Shown piece after piece: positions 37,001 to 45,760 of a DNA stretch of 64,000 nucleotides (position 1 is the stretch's first letter; each line of letters opens with the position of its first letter). Origin of the DNA: Phoronis australis. Its lineage: Eukaryota > Animalia > Phoronida. Location of the stretch: contig NMRA01000009.1 of assembly GCA_002633005.1 (NCBI GenBank), positions 1,867,366-1,931,365 on the forward strand. Reading direction: 5' to 3'. The position numbers and the translations under genes are program-made. Under the pieces are notes generated by a model that saw nothing but the letters and a program-made list of their open reading frames with translations, ran no database searches and was not told the DNA's origin.

Positions 37001-40000
37001 CTGAAATCCCATGGCGAACACTTGCCGGCTGATGCGTTGCTGCCTCGCGATCGTCGATAGGGCAACTTGAATTCTTGAGTAAGGGAGATAGGGAATTGCT
37101 AACATTACTGTCTCACCAATGGTTGTTGTTAGTACCCCCAATTTGGTTTTCTCTGACATTTGCAGAGTTGTAGCCTGTAACTCTGGAAAGTAGTTGTACT
37201 TTGGTACACAATAAATATTACAAAATGACTAAAAAGGTTAACTTGTGTTTATCTTCACAAAGGTCCACTTCCCAAAGGAACAATAAGTTTCATATTTATT
37301 TTCTTTATTTAATTTTTAATGCTTCTGCCCACTTGTTTTTTTTTTCTTACCGGGAACAGGTTGATAACTTTTTATCTAAGTTTTAAGCTTGAACGACCAA
37401 AACAGTGGCAGATTTTGATTGCTAGCTAAACTTAATTAGATAAGTTCATTGTGAGCCCATCCCTAAACTTACCACATTACAGGTACACTAAACATTTCAC
37501 GTGTCATTAAAGTTTAATCTTTATTAGAACTCAAATAATAAAATATATACAAAAGTGCAAATATGGTGATAACCAAACTGAAGATTTGGAACATCTGGAC
37601 AATTTCGGTGGCACTGACTATATAATTTTGCTAGCTCTTTGTCAGTAATAAAAAATGAAAATTGGGTACAACAACTGTTTCCTGGTCAACAATCTGGTTA
37701 AACGAGATTAAAAGAATATTAAACAAGAGCAACGCGGAGCGTTGAAATGCACCCATGAATGCATTGCAAATGGTGTGCCTTTAAGGTTGTTTATTTGTGT
37801 CATAAAAATAGCCACTAGATGGCGCAAAAACGTACAATTCATCCGAAAACGGAAAAATGTCATTGCTTCTTTAATAGAAAGCTATACACCACATTCCATA
37901 GAAATGCGTCACGGAACTTCAGAGAAACAAAGGAAAACATAATAAAATGAAATTGCCACCAGGGGGCACACTGTTCATTGGATTTGCCTGAAAGTCGTCA
38001 TTGCCTGTTGTTAGCTTCATATAAATACACTTACTAATTAAATTTAATAAAGATCCTGCAGTGGATTTAGGAGATACAGGTATGAGCGCAAAACAAAGCA
38101 AAACTACCACTAGGAGACGCCACAATACTCAAAGTTGTCATTGTCAACCGTCCTCTTCACACTGAGAACATATACACCAATTTTCAAAATCATCCTCAGA
38201 ATGATTTGGTTGATAGAGGGAAAGACGCCAAAAACAGACTAAAAAACAGCAAAAATGGCCACTAGGTGGCGCAAAACACCTTGATTCCATACAAAAACAG
38301 GATGATAGCATCATCTCACCAATAGATGCCCATATTCAAAATTTTATGAAAATCCGTTGAGGATCTTTGAACTGAGATACAGAGGTAAACATAAAACTAA
38401 AATTACCACCAGGGGGCACACCAGTAGTCAGATCCATTCGAAAATCGTCGTCGTCCTTTTTCAACAACAGATAAACACTCTTGCTAAATTTAGTAAAGAT
38501 CCTGGAAACGGTTTAAGAGATACAGCCATGGGCAAAAAACGAAACAGCTACTAGGAGGCGCCACAGTAATTGAAGTCATCAAAAAATCATCATCACCTGT
38601 TCACTTCATAGTAAAATCATACCTGTCAATTTTCACAATTATCCTGAAAGCGATTTAGTTGATAGAGGGGTGGACGCCAAAAAAACAGACTCAAAAACAG
38701 TAAATTTGGCCACCAGGTGGCACAAACTAGTACGAATCTATCTGAAAATGGAAAGATAGCGTCACCTCACTAACAGAAGCCTGTAAACCAGGATACAGAA
38801 GTAAACGTAAAAAAAATTAAAGTGGCGGCACATCAGTAGGCAGATCTGTCTGAAAGTCATCGTCGTCCGTTGTCATCATCATATAAATGCACTTACTGAA
38901 TTTAGTAAAGATCCTGCAAACGGTTTGGGCTCGCGGTCTAGAAATTCCGCGCAGAATGATTTTTCAGGATGGTCGGATATTATTGATAAATTGAAGACAT
39001 TACTGTAGAATTTTAGAACTGTAGGTAAGGCATTTTTCGCATATGTACACGTTCACGGACTCAACTATTTTAGCGAAGTCTGAAAATAAGTGTGGGGGGT
39101 CACTTATAGGGGCATGGGCGCTTATTAGGACGAATGTTATTATCTATAAAATAATTTTGGCTGAAATAACGTACGTTACAATAAGAAATCAGTTCCAAGA
39201 ATAATGGTATTTCACTTGCTGCGAGCACATAGACCGGTCTTCCGCCTTTCCCCCTGTAAGTGCCGACGCACTCTTGTGTTTGTAGTCTGACTATATTCGC
39301 CATCTGTTGGTGGTTTATGTGTTTGCTCTCCAGCTTCTACCGCGTATATTTTTCCACGTGACTAATTCTTCAATAGAATTTTGCATATGTATAACTGCTC
39401 GGCACACCATGGTTTATAGCTGTAACGCGCGCCAGCTTAGCTCATTCGTGCTTCAACGTCCTTACATGTATCTTGAGTTTTGAGTTTAGTCGTGATCTAT
39501 GCCGCAAATTGGTGTAAGTATTTTGTACTTAGTTTTGTTACAGCATATAGTCAGTACTTCAACGTAATTGTAACGCGTACTCGGTAACTTTAATTAGCGT
39601 TGCCTCTAGTAGTTTGACGTTGTCCGAATAAGAATATATGCAATGTTTAATATTAGTATTGTAACTTAGTAAACGGCCAACGTATTGTTCAATTGTCTCA
39701 TAGAACGTTTTTTGTATGTTACAGTTGAACCGAGTAACTATAAGATTGAAACGAATAAAGTTTGTCAACGCAACTTATGCTCGAGTTCTCCATGTGGCTC
39801 TAACGTTTTTCGCGACCACACCCCCCTTTTCTTCGTTTCGGACTAGTTCACAAATTTTTTTGCGCACAACCACACACTGTGTTCTTTTGTCTAGATGAAT
39901 CGTTTAATGGCTGACATCTACTGAATTGGTAGGATCACACTGCGTCCATGTTTACTGCCGGAGCATCGACACGCTGACTAAACTGAACCTTAAATTCATG

Positions 40001-43000
40001 ATAAAAACAGCACAAGGAGGAGAAAATTTATTCATGTTCATCTGGGAAACCATATAGTGTTTTTGCGCTCTGAAAATTCACTCGCCACCTGGGCAACCGG
40101 CAAGTCAACTTCTACTCGCCCAGCACCATTTTTTGGCGACTGGGCGAGTGGCTAAGTATATACCTGAAACAATGTGTTAAATTTCATGAAAATAATCAAG
40201 CAACTCCAAAGATACAAAGGCAAATTAAAAATCGGTACATCTGTTGTCAAGTTATTATGAATAGACTTGCAAAACTGTGATTTTGCAAGGGGTTTAGTAG
40301 ATACAGCTGCAGAATGCAAAAAGAATGTCACGGGGGGGTGGGGGGTGGGGGGCACTGCAGTAGTTAGAGTTGGATCCTGAATTTTTTAAAAGGAGGGTCC
40401 AAGTCAACAATTTGAAAATTTTGGATACGATTTCACTAAAATGAAGGGAAAAAGGGTTGTCTGGACCCCTTTGACCCCCTGGATCCGCTTATGGTCAAGC
40501 TACGAGAAATGTTACACTCATTTCCCTTTCACTTATGATTCTTGAGTTTTTCGAGATATCTGAAGACAGTTTCTTCCTTCACTCATTATTCCTCGCTTTA
40601 TTTCCTGATTGATCTCAACGGTACATGGCCAACACCACTTTACCACCACCATCACCATCAACAGATCGTTATCAGTGTTTTAGACAATATCGCGTGTCCT
40701 TGAGGTTTTCATGGGCACATCTGTGGTTTAATAGAAGTCCTCACTTTTTCAATAGATATCGCTTCTGAGGGCGCTTTCATTTTTGTCTTTTATCAGTCAC
40801 AGGCATTGAAGTGTCAACTCAGTATGGCCTGAGTGAACAGTCAATATTTTGACCATTTTTTCACACATTTAGAATATGTTGAACTGAATCATCCAGTTAC
40901 ACAAAGCAGGAACTTAAATTTAACAGTGGGATTGTGAACATAAAAAGTCAAGTTCTGTACTGTGTTATGTCAAGAAATACATGTCCAGATGTCCTTTCTG
41001 TGACACACAAGAACTACATACCCAAGTTAAGCACCAGATCTTCACTAACAGGAAACAGTTGATCCACAAGTAAATCTTTGGTAAAGACGAACACACTAGA
41101 ATGAATAAAAATTAATTTCTTCTTCAACAGAGCAAAGCTACCTTTAAATGAATTAACGAAATATTACCGTGCCCCAATAGGTGACCTGAAAGGTTCAACA
41201 CACTCAAACACATTAGCATATCTAAGATGATGCACAGGGGCCCAACCACCATTTTCAAGGAATAATTTTGTGATGGGTAACCATGGCAACACATTTGGTC
41301 ATGATCACAGAAGAGAGTGGGAAAAATGTCAGCATTTTAACCAGACCTAATAGAAGAGTTTAAATAAAAAATAAGAAATGACACAACAGTAACGCGGAGT
41401 GTTTGAATGCACCAACGACTGCACCGCAAACGGTGTGCTTCTAAGGGTGTTTGTTAACTACTAATAAACACCGCTGGAAGCACACCGTCTGTCATGAATG
41501 CTTTGGAGGACTTATGGTTATACAATGGTAGGAAAGCCACACTTAGAAGTGTCAAAGAGTAGGTCACACCAGTTCAGTGAACATTTTTGAAACATACCTC
41601 CAGTGGAGATGCTAGGGCTAGAGAAAAGACAGTTGACTACTGATATTGAACTCTAGAAATTTGCGTCTAGTTTGGAATTAGTATTGTGGAGAACACCGTA
41701 GTATCATGAAAATGGCCATTAGATGGCACATAATACATTAAACCCATTCAAAAATGGCAAGGCATTGTCGTCTCTCAAAGGTAGTAGCCAAATTTCACGA
41801 AAATCTGTCTAAAAACTCCAAAGATACAAAGGCAAACATGAAAAAGAAAATTGCCATTAGGAACCACAGTAGTAGTCGAATCCATCTATACTGATGACAT
41901 TTAGCAGATACAGCCGTAGATGCAAAAAAAATGTCATTATGGGGCACCACAGTACTTGGGGGCGCCACAGTAGTTGGGCATATCTGAAAATCCAGGGCAG
42001 TCACGCTCTTGTCAGTGGAAACACATCTGTCAATTTTCATAGTGATCCTCTGCGCAGTTTGGCAGATACAGAAGCACATGACAAAAACAGACTATAAATA
42101 AGTAAAATGGCCACTAGTTGGTGCAGAGTACGTCGAATCCATCACAAAATGGAAAAGGTGCCACCATCTTCATAATAAAACTTGTATGCCAAATTTCATG
42201 CAAAAGCATCAAGGAACTCTGAAGTTACAGAGGCAAAAGTAAAATATAAAATTGCCACTAGGGAGCACTATGTAGTTGGGCTGGTATGAAACTCATAGAC
42301 CGGTCATCTGTTGCCATCTCTATACGAACACATCTGATAAATTTCACAAATATCTTGCAAAGGTTAAAGGAAATACAGTTGTGGATGCAAAAATGCCACT
42401 AGGGGGTGCCAAAGTAGTCCGAAAAACAATGGCACCCTTGGTCTTCTCATCATGAAAGTCACCCAATTTTAATGATCCTTTAAGCAGATTGTTGGATGGA
42501 GAGGGCGACGTAAAAACATACTCATAGATTTTTAAAACCAGGTGGTGCAGAATATGCCATCCCATCCGTTGTCGTCTCCTTAATAGAAACCTATTTGCAA
42601 ATTTCCATCATAATGAAAATAGCCACTAAACGTTGAAAACGGAAGCTGTCATCTTCTCTTCAGTAGAAACCTATTTTTATTATTAAATTTCATAAAAATC
42701 CATCATGGTGCTTCAAAGATACAGAAGAGAGCAAAAAAATAAAATTGTTTATATTCCTACAGGCCTGTGGACAAAGCAACTTCATCTAGATAGAAAGTGC
42801 TAAATGTTATTTCACTGACGAAGTCAGAGTGTGCCATAAACAGATTCCTTGCAATTTCGTGAAATTTATAAAGTTTATACTCACACATGGTCTCTTTCTC
42901 TTTCCACTAAAGCCACAACTACTTTTGCTTGATCCCAGTCTTTTTTCTGACAGGCTAAATACTGTCACAAACACGTCAAGGACTAGCAACAGTTTGGTGA

Positions 43001-43824
43001 CTACGATGAACAAACACGTAAAAACAAACTTCTCTTCCAGCTAGATTTCAGAAAATCGCCCCTTACTGTATGGTAATGTGATGCAGAGTTCAAAAGAGAA
43101 ACCCAAGCACACAAATGTGTGACTCCTATGTTAAATGTGGCAACCAGCTTCAGCCAAAAACCAAGAAATGCACTTGTAAAATATGACTATTTAACTGTTC
43201 ATAACCAACTGCTATTTTTTTCAATTTGCTACAAAAATTAATTGCCAAAATTGTCATTTTTATACTTTTCAAATACTTATGCAAAAGTTGTTTGGTGGCC
43301 TTTGCATGGAGACTACATGCTAATAATAAAGTGAAACAGATTCTGAATTAAAAGCTTTTCTCTTGAGAAAATTGACAAACGGAAATTCCATTTGTCCAAT
43401 ACAATGAAAAACATTTACAAAAGTCTCATCTATTCAAACAGATGAGATAGAGCAGGTGATAAATAACCATTTTCTTCTAAGGACATCAGAACAAGCCTCA
43501 GCTATTTTGCTGGACACAATGTACTATACAGTAAGTTGGACACCCAGGCACTTTGATGCCCATGTTCTAACTGCAACTTTAGTTGGGTGCCCATGTACAG
43601 TAAATTTCATGTACAGTAAATTTAGTTGGACAACCAAGTTGTAACTAAAAATTTAGTTCAACAACCACATAATGCATTTGTTGCAATAACAGTGTATCAT
43701 TTCAATTCTTGTAATTCAACTCAAATAAAATTGACTATAAAATATATCAAATGCCTTCAAAGGATACAGCAATACATTTTTCTGGACTTTTGAGCCGCTG
43801 TTGGATTTGTCCAACAAGGTCCAT
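12874..43824 (-). CDS. OCRL: Inositol polyphosphate 5-phosphatase OCRL/INPP5B orthologue (PH, 5-phosphatase, ASH, RhoGAP-like domains); whole coding span, 23 coding exons, ~942 aa
   Basis: Hand-assembled exons have GT-AG boundaries and consistent phases, totalling 2829 nt once the N at 22966 is removed. Motifs seen: [74 protein letters not shown], and RhoGAP-like [17 protein letters not shown] (Gln in place of the catalytic Arg, as in OCRL). Confidence 0.95.
13148..13535 (+). mobile_element. Helentron/HINE-like non-autonomous element
   Basis: AACAAGAG start and AT-rich end like other copies in the window; the family assignment is inference. Confidence 0.4.
14117..14228 (-). CDS. OCRL: OCRL/INPP5B coding exon 22 ([27 protein letters not shown])
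   Basis: Matches OCRL LPxxHRNVFxYLxAFLRELLK; CAG acceptor and GTACGT donor. Confidence 0.93.
15494..15706 (-). CDS. OCRL: OCRL/INPP5B coding exon 21 (EFLFQQPG...[19 protein letters not shown]...CKQ)
   Basis: RhoGAP-like core; CAG acceptor and GTAAGC donor; 213 nt. Confidence 0.93.
16739..16850. repeat. Perfect 47-bp inverted repeat with an 18-nt spacer
   Basis: Arms 16739-16785 and 16804-16850 are exact reverse complements. Confidence 0.95.
17218..17328 (-). CDS. OCRL: OCRL/INPP5B coding exon 20 (...[15 protein letters not shown])
   Basis: Start of the RhoGAP-like domain; CAG acceptor and GTACGG donor. Confidence 0.9.
17799..17985. repeat. 66-bp tandem repeat (~2.5 copies) at the end of a HINE-like element
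   Basis: ACATTGTGTGATGTACAGATGGACAAGTGGTCATG... repeated; upstream GTGACCTTGA motif near 17699. Confidence 0.85.
18725..18835 (-). CDS. OCRL: OCRL/INPP5B coding exon 19 ([19 protein letters not shown]...DLVNL)
   Basis: Preceded by U12 branch TCCTTAAC and TAG; GTAAGC donor; conserved PSCFG. Confidence 0.92.
18836..19904 (-). other. U12-type GT-AG intron, 1069 nt
   Basis: Donor GTATCCTTC; perfect branch site TCCTTAAC (18846-18853) about 10 nt from the TAG; joins GGKDFF to ITVSGN in frame. Confidence 0.92.
19905..20029 (-). CDS. OCRL: OCRL/INPP5B coding exon 18 (...[16 protein letters not shown])
   Basis: ASH motif; ends at U12 donor GTATCCTTC. Confidence 0.92.
20320..20487. repeat. 21-bp minisatellite
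   Basis: ATAGTCCATAAAGTCCCTGTC-type unit, about 8 copies. Confidence 0.9.
20737..20902 (-). CDS. OCRL: OCRL/INPP5B coding exon 17 (ASH domain, LANTGQVP...CKPWL)
   Basis: ASH-domain motifs; CAG acceptor and GTGAGT donor. Confidence 0.93.
20938..21341. repeat. 34-bp minisatellite
   Basis: CACTATCTGTATGATGGTACAACATGTGTACAGY, about 12 copies, some with a 3-bp deletion. Confidence 0.95.
22398..22508 (-). CDS. OCRL: OCRL/INPP5B coding exon 16 ([31 protein letters not shown])
   Basis: Conserved hinge helix; CAG acceptor and GTATAT donor. Confidence 0.93.
22878..23014 (-). CDS. OCRL: OCRL/INPP5B coding exon 15 ([14 protein letters not shown]...SDHKPV), contains an extra N at 22966
   Basis: Second catalytic motif; the frame is restored only if the N is deleted; CAG acceptor and GTAAGT donor. 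Confidence 0.92.
23700..23809 (-). CDS. OCRL: OCRL/INPP5B coding exon 14 (LTQQK...[16 protein letters not shown])
   Basis: PTYKYD motif; TAG acceptor and GTCAGC donor. Confidence 0.95.
24455..24566 (-). CDS. OCRL: OCRL/INPP5B coding exon 13 ([11 protein letters not shown]...YDQ)
   Basis: Catalytic motif WxGDLNYR; CAG acceptor and GTGAAG donor. Confidence 0.95.
24730..25036 (+). repeat. Repeat with CTCF-like motifs, including a 64-bp tandem duplication
   Basis: CCACTATAGGACGC at 24741; CCACTAGAGGACGC at 24907 and 24971. Confidence 0.7.
25165..25352 (-). CDS. OCRL: OCRL/INPP5B coding exon 12 (GNKGGVAVR...NSHLAAH...RRNQD)
   Basis: Canonical 5-phosphatase motifs; CAG acceptor and GTAAGG donor. 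Confidence 0.95.
25450..26326 (+). mobile_element. HINE-like element with ~130-155-bp units, each carrying a CTCF-like motif
   Basis: Motifs at 25724, 25859, 26013 and 26144; GTGACCTT...AAGGTCAC box; (CA)n then ACATGTTTGTGGGCACACAAAAA terminus shared with ~29565-29587. Confidence 0.65.
27254..27370 (-). CDS. OCRL: OCRL/INPP5B coding exon 11 ([14 protein letters not shown]...VGTGLLGTM)
   Basis: Conserved RLVG and VGTG motifs; TAG acceptor and GTACGT donor. Confidence 0.93.
27720..27843. repeat. GC-rich degenerate ~18-bp repeat (GAGGAGCAGGCCCC)
   Basis: About 7 imperfect units. Confidence 0.8.
29083..29197 (-). CDS. OCRL: OCRL/INPP5B coding exon 10 ([22 protein letters not shown]...YKK)
   Basis: GFQE motif; CAG acceptor; aag|gtcatt donor. 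Confidence 0.9.
29452..29560. repeat. 13-bp minisatellite (CGACTGCAGTATG)n
   Basis: About 8 copies; explains the overlapping repetitive ORFs here. Confidence 0.95.
30162..30269 (-). CDS. OCRL: OCRL/INPP5B coding exon 9 ([13 protein letters not shown]...PDIFALG)
   Basis: 5-phosphatase TWNV motif; CAG acceptor and GTAAGT donor. Confidence 0.93.
30928..31080 (-). CDS. OCRL: OCRL/INPP5B coding exon 8 (...[23 protein letters not shown])
   Basis: CAG acceptor and GTAAAG donor; conserved helix before the catalytic domain; phase 2 to 2. Confidence 0.88.
32566..32704 (-). CDS. OCRL: OCRL/INPP5B coding exon 7 (linker)
   Basis: ttttttgcag acceptor and ag|gtaaat donor; its phase (1 to 2) is required to join exons 6 and 8. 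Confidence 0.75.
33114..33302 (-). CDS. OCRL: OCRL/INPP5B coding exon 6 ([18 protein letters not shown]...[11 protein letters not shown]...)
   Basis: FAWLKVY matches INPP5B FLWLSRY; CAG acceptor; GTGAGT donor (a nearby in-phase GTAACC donor is also possible). Confidence 0.75.
33291..33386. repeat. 48-bp tandem duplication spanning an OCRL splice acceptor
   Basis: ACTGGGGAATTACTGAAATGAGAAGAC... at 33291 and 33339. Confidence 0.92.
33700..34900 (-). mobile_element. Highly decayed LINE (L1/Tx1-like) fragment
   Basis: Only faint reverse-transcriptase/C-terminal-like peptides (RGTR.., GGGVPYI, WEELWG) with many stops. Confidence 0.3.
35022..35438. mobile_element. 417-bp MITE with perfect 19-bp TIR CAGTGCCCGGTTGCATGAA
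   Basis: TIRs at 35022-35040 and 35420-35438; internal TAGGGACT repeats. Confidence 0.85.
35481..35612. repeat. 16-bp minisatellite (GTGTACAACATATCAA)n
   Basis: About 8 copies. Confidence 0.95.
35636..35746 (-). CDS. OCRL: OCRL/INPP5B coding exon 5 ([36 protein letters not shown])
   Basis: TAG acceptor and GTAAGT donor; fits the PH-domain C-terminal strand and helix; phase 1 to 1. Confidence 0.8.
36352..36372 (-). CDS. OCRL: OCRL/INPP5B coding exon 4, 21-nt microexon (DLTQNNT)
   Basis: Strong acceptor tttctctattttcag and donor g|gtaagt; frame-preserving, phase 1 to 1. Confidence 0.6.
36649..40166. mobile_element. ~3.5-kb non-autonomous hAT-like element with nested insertions
   Basis: Imperfect TIRs CAGGGATATACCCAG and CTAAGTATATACCTG; subterminal TGGGCGAGT/ACTCGCC repeats at both ends. 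It interrupts a repeat that starts at 36491 and resumes at ~40170. No clean TSD. Confidence 0.55.
37722..38930 (+). mobile_element. HINE-like element with a ~150-bp tandem array of CTCF-consensus motifs
   Basis: AACAAGAGCAACGCGGAGCGTTGAAATG start; motifs at 37812, 37956, 38107, 38259, 38406, 38548 and 38710. Confidence 0.75.
41022..41095 (-). CDS. OCRL: OCRL/INPP5B coding exon 3 ([24 protein letters not shown])
   Basis: TAG acceptor and GTATGT donor; resembles INPP5B LFLY...LDQIVPVSRDF; phase 2 to 1. Confidence 0.8.
41384..42800 (+). mobile_element. Second long copy of the CTCF-motif HINE-like element
   Basis: Same 5' end as 36491 and 37722; motifs at 41716, 41854, 41934, 42111, 42255, 42396 and ~42535. 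Confidence 0.7.
42885..42961 (-). CDS. OCRL: OCRL/INPP5B coding exon 2 ([25 protein letters not shown])
   Basis: U12 branch site TCCTTGAC plus CAG acceptor; GTGAGT donor; PH-domain-like sequence; phase 0 to 2. Confidence 0.8.
42962..43767 (-). other. U12-type (minor spliceosome) GT-AG intron, 806 nt
   Basis: Donor GTATCCTTT; branch site TCCTTGAC (42975-42982) close to the CAG; no polypyrimidine tract. Confidence 0.82.
43768..43824 (-). CDS. OCRL: OCRL/INPP5B coding exon 1 ([19 protein letters not shown])
   Basis: Resembles the INPP5B N-terminus (MDQSVAIQETL...CVIA); ends at U12 donor GTATCCTTT, phase 0. Confidence 0.8.
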
Positions 43825-44605
43825 TGCACATACAAGCCGAGAAGGAAGTGTAACATATATCTTGGACAAGTCACAGCATGTTCCTACCTACGTATTGTAC
43901 TGCAGTCACCATGGTGATGTTACAGCCTGAAATACAACTCTTAAGAATCAACAATAATGTTCAATTAACTCAAGGTGACTGGTAATCAACCCACAGGTGA
44001 GTGAAGTATACACGGTATCCAGTGTTCTCCACAACCTCATTTGACTCGTCTTGTTATTGAGTTGGCTTACCAGCTCGGGGTGTGAAAAATAATACAACAA
44101 ATTTCAAGTCATAGGAGATTTATAGTGATTTCTTCAGCAAAATAGGTCATTTTAGATGTTTGGCACCAATTCAGCATACACTGATTGCAAGGTTGTACGT
44201 GCTAACGAAGGAGCCCAAAGCTATGTCAACCAAGCTAACCAGATTCCAAAAGATTACTAGTAACTTCCCAACACTTGGGCTATTTGACCTTCTCAAAACT
44301 GTGACAATTTCAAGATCCCAGTTGTGCCACTGCTTATCACAAGATGGCCGACATGTTGTGTCACTGCCATTGTAAAATATGTTTTAGTTGATGTGAAAAA
44401 TCTAAAACGATATTTCCTGTAACTTCAACAACGTCAAATTTCCATTTAAAGTGACATCAGATGTCTACACGACCATCTTGTCTTATAACATGAATGTGAA
44501 ATTTGAAGTTGCAAACTATTATGTAACTAGTAATAGAAACTGTTACCATAACTGTCAACATTTTTAATTTAAATAGTCTTTTTCGGCATTTGATGTTCAA
44601 ACATT

Positions 44606-44832
44606 TTTATAAATTAGAGAATACTGTACAGCTTTTATAAATTAGATAATACTGTACAGCTTTTATAAATTAGAGAATACTGTACAGCTTTTATAAATTA
44701 GAGAATACTGTACAGCTTTTATAAATTAGAGAATACTGTACAGCTTTTATAAATTAGAGAATACTGTACAGCTTTTATAAATTAGAGAATACTGTACAGC
44801 TTTTATAAATTAGAGAATACTCTACAGCTTTT
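44606..44832. repeat. 28-bp minisatellite (TTTTATAAATTAGAGAATACTGTACAGC)n
   Basis: 8 near-identical copies. Confidence 0.95.
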
Positions 44833-45259
44833 TGGGAAACTGCGTCATATATAACCCTGAACTTTTAAAAAAATTCTACACATTAGTTACTTGTAGACTG
44901 CATCAAGAACAGTCACAATAAAAACTGACGTTACCGAGAGAAATTCCACAAATTTACTTAGTAGTACTTGACATCAATAACAATGTCAATTTTACATACT
45001 AGTACCTACTGAAACTCCCATCAACTAAGTCGTCCATGACATGATGAATAACACAGTGTATGCTTAACATAGGCTCTTTTCACACCTGTGCAGAATTGCA
45101 CAGGTAGCATGGAGTCTTGTCTTACTTGTGCCTCCTGGGCTGCCTAGGTAGCTGAGTAAAATTTCTACTGCAACCAGCTGTTGTTCTTAATAAATCTGAA
45201 ATGAATAAAGAAGGGGTTTCAATAACCTGCCTGTTTAAAGAAAGCATTCAAAAAGTAAA

Positions 45260-45760
45260 TACTTTATTTCACCTGCAAAACCTCCTTGACGCACAATGTA
45301 ACCTCGAAATTTGTAATGTTTTCAACAACTTGGTATTTAATCCCTTGCCTGACATGCACGGCGCACGTAGGAAGGAAGATTGAGAAACTCTAGTGCAGGT
45401 CTTTGACGTTTCTTCTCAGCAGCACTCACTCCACTGCATCATCAATCTCATCGATATCTTTTGGGGGAATGTGGCTCCCACAAGCCTACCTCCCAAGCAA
45501 AGTTTAGAGAGGATTCATTGCATGTGAACACCACAACCAAAGCCAGAAATTCTCAACAGCTGGTCCATGGAAGGAGCAATGTGGTGTTGAAAATTCTTAC
45601 AGTTCCAAGAAAACAATGCCATGTTCTCAAATATCTCTCTGAACCGCTCACTAGTGAGTAAGTGTTCTTTGGCTCAACTAATAAAAACACTATGGATGCT
45701 CCAGACCGCCAGACAGCGTCTATTAGAGGCAGGCTTCCTTTAAAGACCTGGTGTTAAATT
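45260..45760 (-). mobile_element. piggyBac transposase relic
   Basis: Frameshifted peptides in piggyBac order: ERFREI(L)RTWH, HIAPSMDQL, TCNESSLNF..GR..HIPPK (cf. SVDESM.F.GR..YIP.K), then C-terminal VTLCVKE. Confidence 0.45.
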
